Source of the DNA: a virus
Virus record (IMG/VR): IMGVR_UViG_3300037520_002383
Location: 1 to 64,000 of that record
Length of the DNA stretch: 64,000 nt
Strand: one strand, 5' to 3'
The notes under the pieces: model-generated
Databases searched by the model: none
Seen by the model: the letters and a program-made list of their open reading frames with translations, nothing else
Told to the model about the DNA's origin: nothing
Shown here: piece by piece, positions 60,046 to 64,000 of the stretch
How positions within the stretch are numbered: position 1 is the first letter of the stretch
How the letters are laid out: each line of letters begins with the position of its first letter
Made by a program: the position numbers and the translations under genes

Positions 60046-63030
60046 TTATGTGTATTGCAAGTAAATGTCGCCATCGTTGCCGCCGCTTGGCGCCGCGGTT
60101 CCACTCGTCACAAGATTAGACCAAGTACCGTCGGCGCGCAGGAATGCCGTGGTGCCGCCACCAGAGGCTGGGGCCAAACCCTTCAGGCTGCTGGTGAAGA
60201 CATCAAGGAGCGCCGTGGCCTGAGTTCCAGTCAAGTCCTCGGGTGAGCCGCTGCCGGCAGTCGTTCGCCCCTTGATTGTAGCCGTAGAAACATTAGCGAG
60301 TTTGGCATTGGTGACGACCGTGTTGTCGATTGTCCAGACGCTGCCGCTGGAGCTGACTGTGATATCACCCTTGTCGCCATCAGCAACGCTGGCGCTGGGG
60401 GCCGCCCAAGTGCCGTCAGCACGCAGGAAGTTGGCTGTGCCGCCACCAGAGGCTGGGGCCAGCCCCTTCAAGCTGCTACTAAAAACATCCAGAAGTGCCG
60501 TGGCTTGAGCACCAGTCAAGTCCTCAGGTGAGCCGCTGCCGGCAGTCGTTCGCCCCTTGATTGTAGCCGTAGCAACGTCAGCCAACTTGGCGTTGGTGAC
60601 GACCGTGTTGTCGATTGTCCAGACGCTGCCGCTGGAGCTGACTGTGATATCACCCTTGTCGCCATCGGCGATAGTAGCCGTAATCGTTTGCCAAGTTACT
60701 GATCCCGAGCCATTGGTTCGCAGAACTTGATTGGCTGTGCCATCGGTAAGTGGCAGGGTGAACGCACCAATAGTGAATCCCGTGCTCGTTACCAACAGGC
60801 GCTGCGCGCCGGCAGTAGCAATCGCCAACTGATCTGCGGCGGGTCGATATACACCAGTACCCACGCTATTGATAAAGGCCAGGGATGGATTGGCTGCCGT
60901 ACCGTCGGCTACCAGCGTCTGACTCAATCCATTGAGCCTCATGATATCGCCGGTATTATTGGTGACGCGGAAGGCGAATCTATCGGCTGCCGTACTTACG
61001 GGCGTTGAGACCAAAACCGACGTGCGATTGGCTGCCGCCGCCGCCGAACCCGTGATCGTGATGCCGTTGTCGGTTGATGTAGCAGTGGCGCTGGAAATAA
61101 AAAAGCCGCGGCTGCCGGCGCCACTGGCCGCAGAGATAAACAGGTCGTTTGCCGAGGCAGTAGTCAGGGTCGGCGCAGTAAGCGACGGCGTGGTCTTGTT
61201 GATAGTCAGGGTATTGGTCAGCGGTCCATTGCTTGTGTCGAGCTTGAGATACAGCAGATCGGCGGCGGCTTGCGTGAATGATCCAGGAGGCGCCGCCCAG
61301 GTGCCGTCAGCGCGCAGGTAGTTGGCGGTGCCGCCTCCTGATGAAGGCGCCAGCCCCTTGAGGGTACTGGTGAAGACGTCAAGGAGCGCCGTCGCCTGCG
61401 TACCCGTCAAGTCTTCGGGTGAACCACTGCCGGCAGTCGTACGACCCTTGAAGGTTGCTGTAGCAACGTTAGCTAACTTGGCGTTGGTGACGACGGTGTT
61501 GTCGATTGTCCAGACGCCACCACCGGAACTGACAGTGATATCACCCTTGTCCCCATCCGTGACGCCGCCGCCACCGGGTGGTACCGCCCAGGTGCCGTCA
61601 GCGCGCAGGTAGTTGGTGGTACCGCCTCCTGATGAAGGCGCTAGGCCCTTGAGTGTCGACGTAAAGACATCCAACAGCGCCGTCGCCTGAGCCGTAGTCA
61701 GGTCTTCGGGCGATCCCGTGCCGGCAGTCGTTCGCCCCTTGATCGTGGCCGTAGCGACGTTAGCCAACTTGGCGTTGGTCACTGCCGCGTTATCGATTGT
61801 CCAAGTGGCGCCGCTGGCCGAAACCGTAATATCGCCCTTGTCGCCATCCGTAACGGGAATGATGTTGTCTAGGGCGTCCAGGGCAGATTGTACGGTGGTA
61901 TTGGCCGACGACAGGATGTTATTGAAGTTAGTCGTAGAAGTATAGATGGCCGAAGCGGGGTGATCTAAGGCATCAAGATCCGAGAGATTGCTGTGGCTAG
62001 AAACCGACCCAAGGGGCAGCTCCCCCAGAGGCCGAAAATCCACATACGGCTGCCCCGTATCGGTGCTGCGAATGCGGGCATTGGGCACGTTGGTGTAGGA
62101 ATCGGTTTGAAATATGACCGATCCCAGAGGCACGAACTCGCTAAAAGGCAGCCCCGTAACTGAAGAAATCTCGGAAGACGCACCGGTTCTGGCGTCGCTA
62201 ATGCTGTTATATGAAGTAATGCCGTGGATGCCAACGATTGGCTCATTGATGTTGTTGGTGGCAAAGTAGTGCACCAAAACGTAGTTGAAGTTAGGCAACT
62301 CAGCAAGCGACCAAACGCCGCCGCTATTTTGATTGAATGGAAGTCGCCCATTGGGGCCCGTGTAACCGGCCGTGCCGCTATAGATCACGGGATAGGTATC
62401 AGCTGCTTTACGACGCCAAACGCCGGCTCCGCTGCCTGTTCGGTAGTAGATCGGAATCTGAGCTATCGGCGACAGGGTCTGCGGGGAGCCATTGACGGTG
62501 GTGTGCTGAAGATCTTCATCGTAAAACGTACCATTGGCGCATGACAACTGCGCATGCGACGCCAGACTCCCATTGTCGTCCACAGTAAAGTCGCCGAGCG
62601 CGTATCCCGAAAGATAAACGGCACCAATGCTGTTATGAAGATATGAATGCGTAGCGCCATCCATCGTCAGGCCATGGCGCTCTTCTGCAAAGTAGATGGC
62701 GGCGGCGTTAGTCGCATCCCAATAGAGTGCAGCCACAAACGCATATTCTCTGATGATTGCTGAGGTAAAAACATTTGTGGCCTGAAGCGTGCCCGTGTTG
62801 TCAAAATAAAAATACCACAACCCTTCGGTGTTGGTGATTACGACGCTTTGTGTGGTTGATTTGATGTATTTTACGCCTACGACAAAAAACTCAAAAAATG
62901 ATCCAGTCGGGGCGATGGAGAAAGTGCGCGAGCCGTTATTGAATGAAATGGTCGAATCAGTCCTATTGGGAAAGCCCGTGGGCTCCTTGGACATTCGACG
63001 TTCTTCGCGTAGAGTAGGATCGTATGTCAT
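60046..63030 (-). CDS. Tail fibre-like protein with four ~90-aa repeats
   Basis: DGDKGDITVS...LRADGTW x4; C-terminal SGTAAPSGGNDGDIYLQY. Confidence 0.8.
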   Translation of the reverse strand: MTYDPTLREERRMSKEPTGFPNRTDSTISFNNGSRTFSIAPTGSFFEFFVVGVKYIKSTTQSVVITNTEGLWYFYFDNTGTLQATNVFTSAIIREYAFVAALYWDATNAAAIYFAEERHGLTMDGATHSYLHNSIGAVYLSGYALGDFTVDDNGSLASHAQLSCANGTFYDEDLQHTTVNGSPQTLSPIAQIPIYYRTGSGAGVWRRKAADTYPVIYSGTAGYTGPNGRLPFNQNSGGVWSLAELPNFNYVLVHYFATNNINEPIVGIHGITSYNSISDARTGASSEISSVTGLPFSEFVPLGSVIFQTDSYTNVPNARIRSTDTGQPYVDFRPLGELPLGSVSSHSNLSDLDALDHPASAIYTSTTNFNNILSSANTTVQSALDALDNIIPVTDGDKGDITVSASGATWTIDNAAVTNAKLANVATATIKGRTTAGTGSPEDLTTAQATALLDVFTSTLKGLAPSSGGGTTNYLRADGTWAVPPGGGGVTDGDKGDITVSSGGGVWTIDNTVVTNAKLANVATATFKGRTTAGSGSPEDLTGTQATALLDVFTSTLKGLAPSSGGGTANYLRADGTWAAPPGSFTQAAADLLYLKLDTSNGPLTNTLTINKTTPSLTAPTLTTASANDLFISAASGAGSRGFFISSATATSTDNGITITGSAAAAANRTSVLVSTPVSTAADRFAFRVTNNTGDIMRLNGLSQTLVADGTAANPSLAFINSVGTGVYRPAADQLAIATAGAQRLLVTSTGFTIGAFTLPLTDGTANQVLRTNGSGSVTWQTITATIADGDKGDITVSSSGSVWTIDNTVVTNAKLADVATATIKGRTTAGSGSPEDLTGAQATALLDVFSSSLKGLAPASGGGTANFLRADGTWAAPSASVADGDKGDITVSSSGSVWTIDNTVVTNAKLANVSTATIKGRTTAGSGSPEDLTGTQATALLDVFTSSLKGLAPASGGGTTAFLRADGTWSNLVTSGTAAPSGGNDGDIYLQYT
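60121..61852 (-). repeat. Two tandem pairs of ~270-290 bp intragenic repeats
   Basis: Approximate copies at 60121-60381, 60406-60666, 61297-61558 and 61588-61849. Confidence 0.9.
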
Positions 63031-63045
63031 CGCGCAGACTCCCGA

Positions 63046-64000
63046 TCAGATAATCCAGTATGCACTACCGTCGGACTGCACGCGAACGGCTTCGTGCTGA
63101 GAATATAGCACATAGTTAGTTGTACCATCGATGGTACCGGCGATCGTTACGGTATTGGAAGATGTATCGATTTTTTTGATGGTAAAATGATATTCATTCG
63201 CAGAAGCCGCCGACGGCAAAGTAATGGTTACGGCCCCGGAAGCGGCATTGACCAAGATTGTTCCATCGAATGTAGTGACGAGGTAGTTGGCGGTTTTGGT
63301 TGAGATGGGCGTCTTGAGGGCCTGAGGCACTACCCAAGAGAGGTTGCCAGAAGCATCATTTGATAGGACTTGGCCATTCACGCTGGCCTGAGACGCCGGC
63401 CAGCTATAGGCAATATTATTGATGCGCGTCAGATTGCCAGAAGAGCTGACGCGAAACTGCGACGATGAGCCGACGGAAAAGAAATCAGTGGGGTTGCTCG
63501 TGCCAATACCGACGCTACCGCCTGCCGTAATCCTCATGCGTTCGGTGGCGGCGCTGGCGGCGCTGGTGGTGCCGAACGCCAAGTCCGCGGAAAGAGTTGA
63601 AACTCCGTGATTGGTAAATACCCCCCACAATGCCGCGCCTTGAACCAAGGAGCCGCCAGTGCCGTTGGAGGCAAGCGTCAGCGTGTAGTAGTTGTTGTTC
63701 GTTGTGTCGGTATTTGCGAGCACCACGCCAGACGCATCGGCATTCAGCGTCGTGTTGCTTGACGCCTTTGTCGCGCGCAGGCCGTGAACGGTGTTGTCAC
63801 CGACAATATGCGCGGTGGCGGCGGGCGTGTTGGTATTGATACCCAGCCGTTGATTCTTCGTGTCGATGCCGAGGATCGTGGTGCCCGTCGCGTTCTGCAC
63901 CTGAAACGCGGTGGTGCTGTCTGATGTGTTTCTCGCCGTAACGTAACCGCCGTCGGCGATCGTGAAGGCGGCCGTGCCGTTGTCGCGGGCCAGGAAAATC
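63046..64000 (-). CDS. Tail fibre/adhesin protein (5' end outside the window)
   Basis: Frame open to 64000; ERMRITAGGSVGIGTSNP; C-terminal KTANYLVT...VTITLPSA...TIKKID...SDGSAYWII. Confidence 0.8.
   Translation of the reverse strand, partial: IFLARDNGTAAFTIADGGYVTARNTSDSTTAFQVQNATGTTILGIDTKNQRLGINTNTPAATAHIVGDNTVHGLRATKASSNTTLNADASGVVLANTDTTNNNYYTLTLASNGTGGSLVQGAALWGVFTNHGVSTLSADLAFGTTSAASAATERMRITAGGSVGIGTSNPTDFFSVGSSSQFRVSSSGNLTRINNIAYSWPASQASVNGQVLSNDASGNLSWVVPQALKTPISTKTANYLVTTFDGTILVNAASGAVTITLPSAASANEYHFTIKKIDTSSNTVTIAGTIDGTTNYVLYSQHEAVRVQSDGSAYWII

Noticed and set aside
4869-63260. Other AAGATT copies (about 4869, 12894, 19127, 27826, 34107, 60112, 63254)
   Set aside because: Inside CDSs and mostly without a nearby minus-strand start; treated as background, though 60112 could serve the 60034 gene
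1-64000. Stop-codon reassignment
   Set aside because: Long structural genes are intact under the standard code; TAG, TGA and TAA all end genes

Overview
This window is a segment of a large tailed phage genome with a contractile tail (myovirus morphology). GC looks to be roughly 60% by eye. No capsid, terminase, polymerase, integrase, rRNA, tRNA or CRISPR array is visible. The minus strand carries a contractile-tail module: fibre/adhesin genes, sheath, tube, chaperones, tape measure, hub, spike, an initiator-LysM-gp25 fusion, a very large baseplate J, a Kelch-containing wedge, a second tube-like gene and a tail fibre. Five plus-strand islands of small early-type genes interrupt this module (about 14.9-16.6, 18.8-21.8, 23.9-41.1, 45.3-46.0 and 47.0-51.1 kb). 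Recognisable accessory genes are a PIN-PhoH ATPase, a DenV-like glycosylase, a PLP aminotransferase, a dNMP kinase, a ClpP-like protease and two HExxH peptidases. The most striking signals are regulatory. (1) About 26 sigma70-type promoters lie on the plus strand; 18 sit 6-7 nt before an ATG (leaderless mRNAs, mostly starting Met-Asn), and their -35/-10 boxes often supply the upstream gene's stop codon. (2) A [CG]AATCTT motif lies about 30-110 nt upstream of nine minus-strand genes, most of them structural (candidate late promoter). (3) A gene appears split by an exact 100-nt hairpin-plus-promoter insert bounded by CCTTC repeats. (4) There are two perfect 16-3-16 palindromes. A Myxococcota host is an inference only. 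All family calls come from motif recognition, not database searches.
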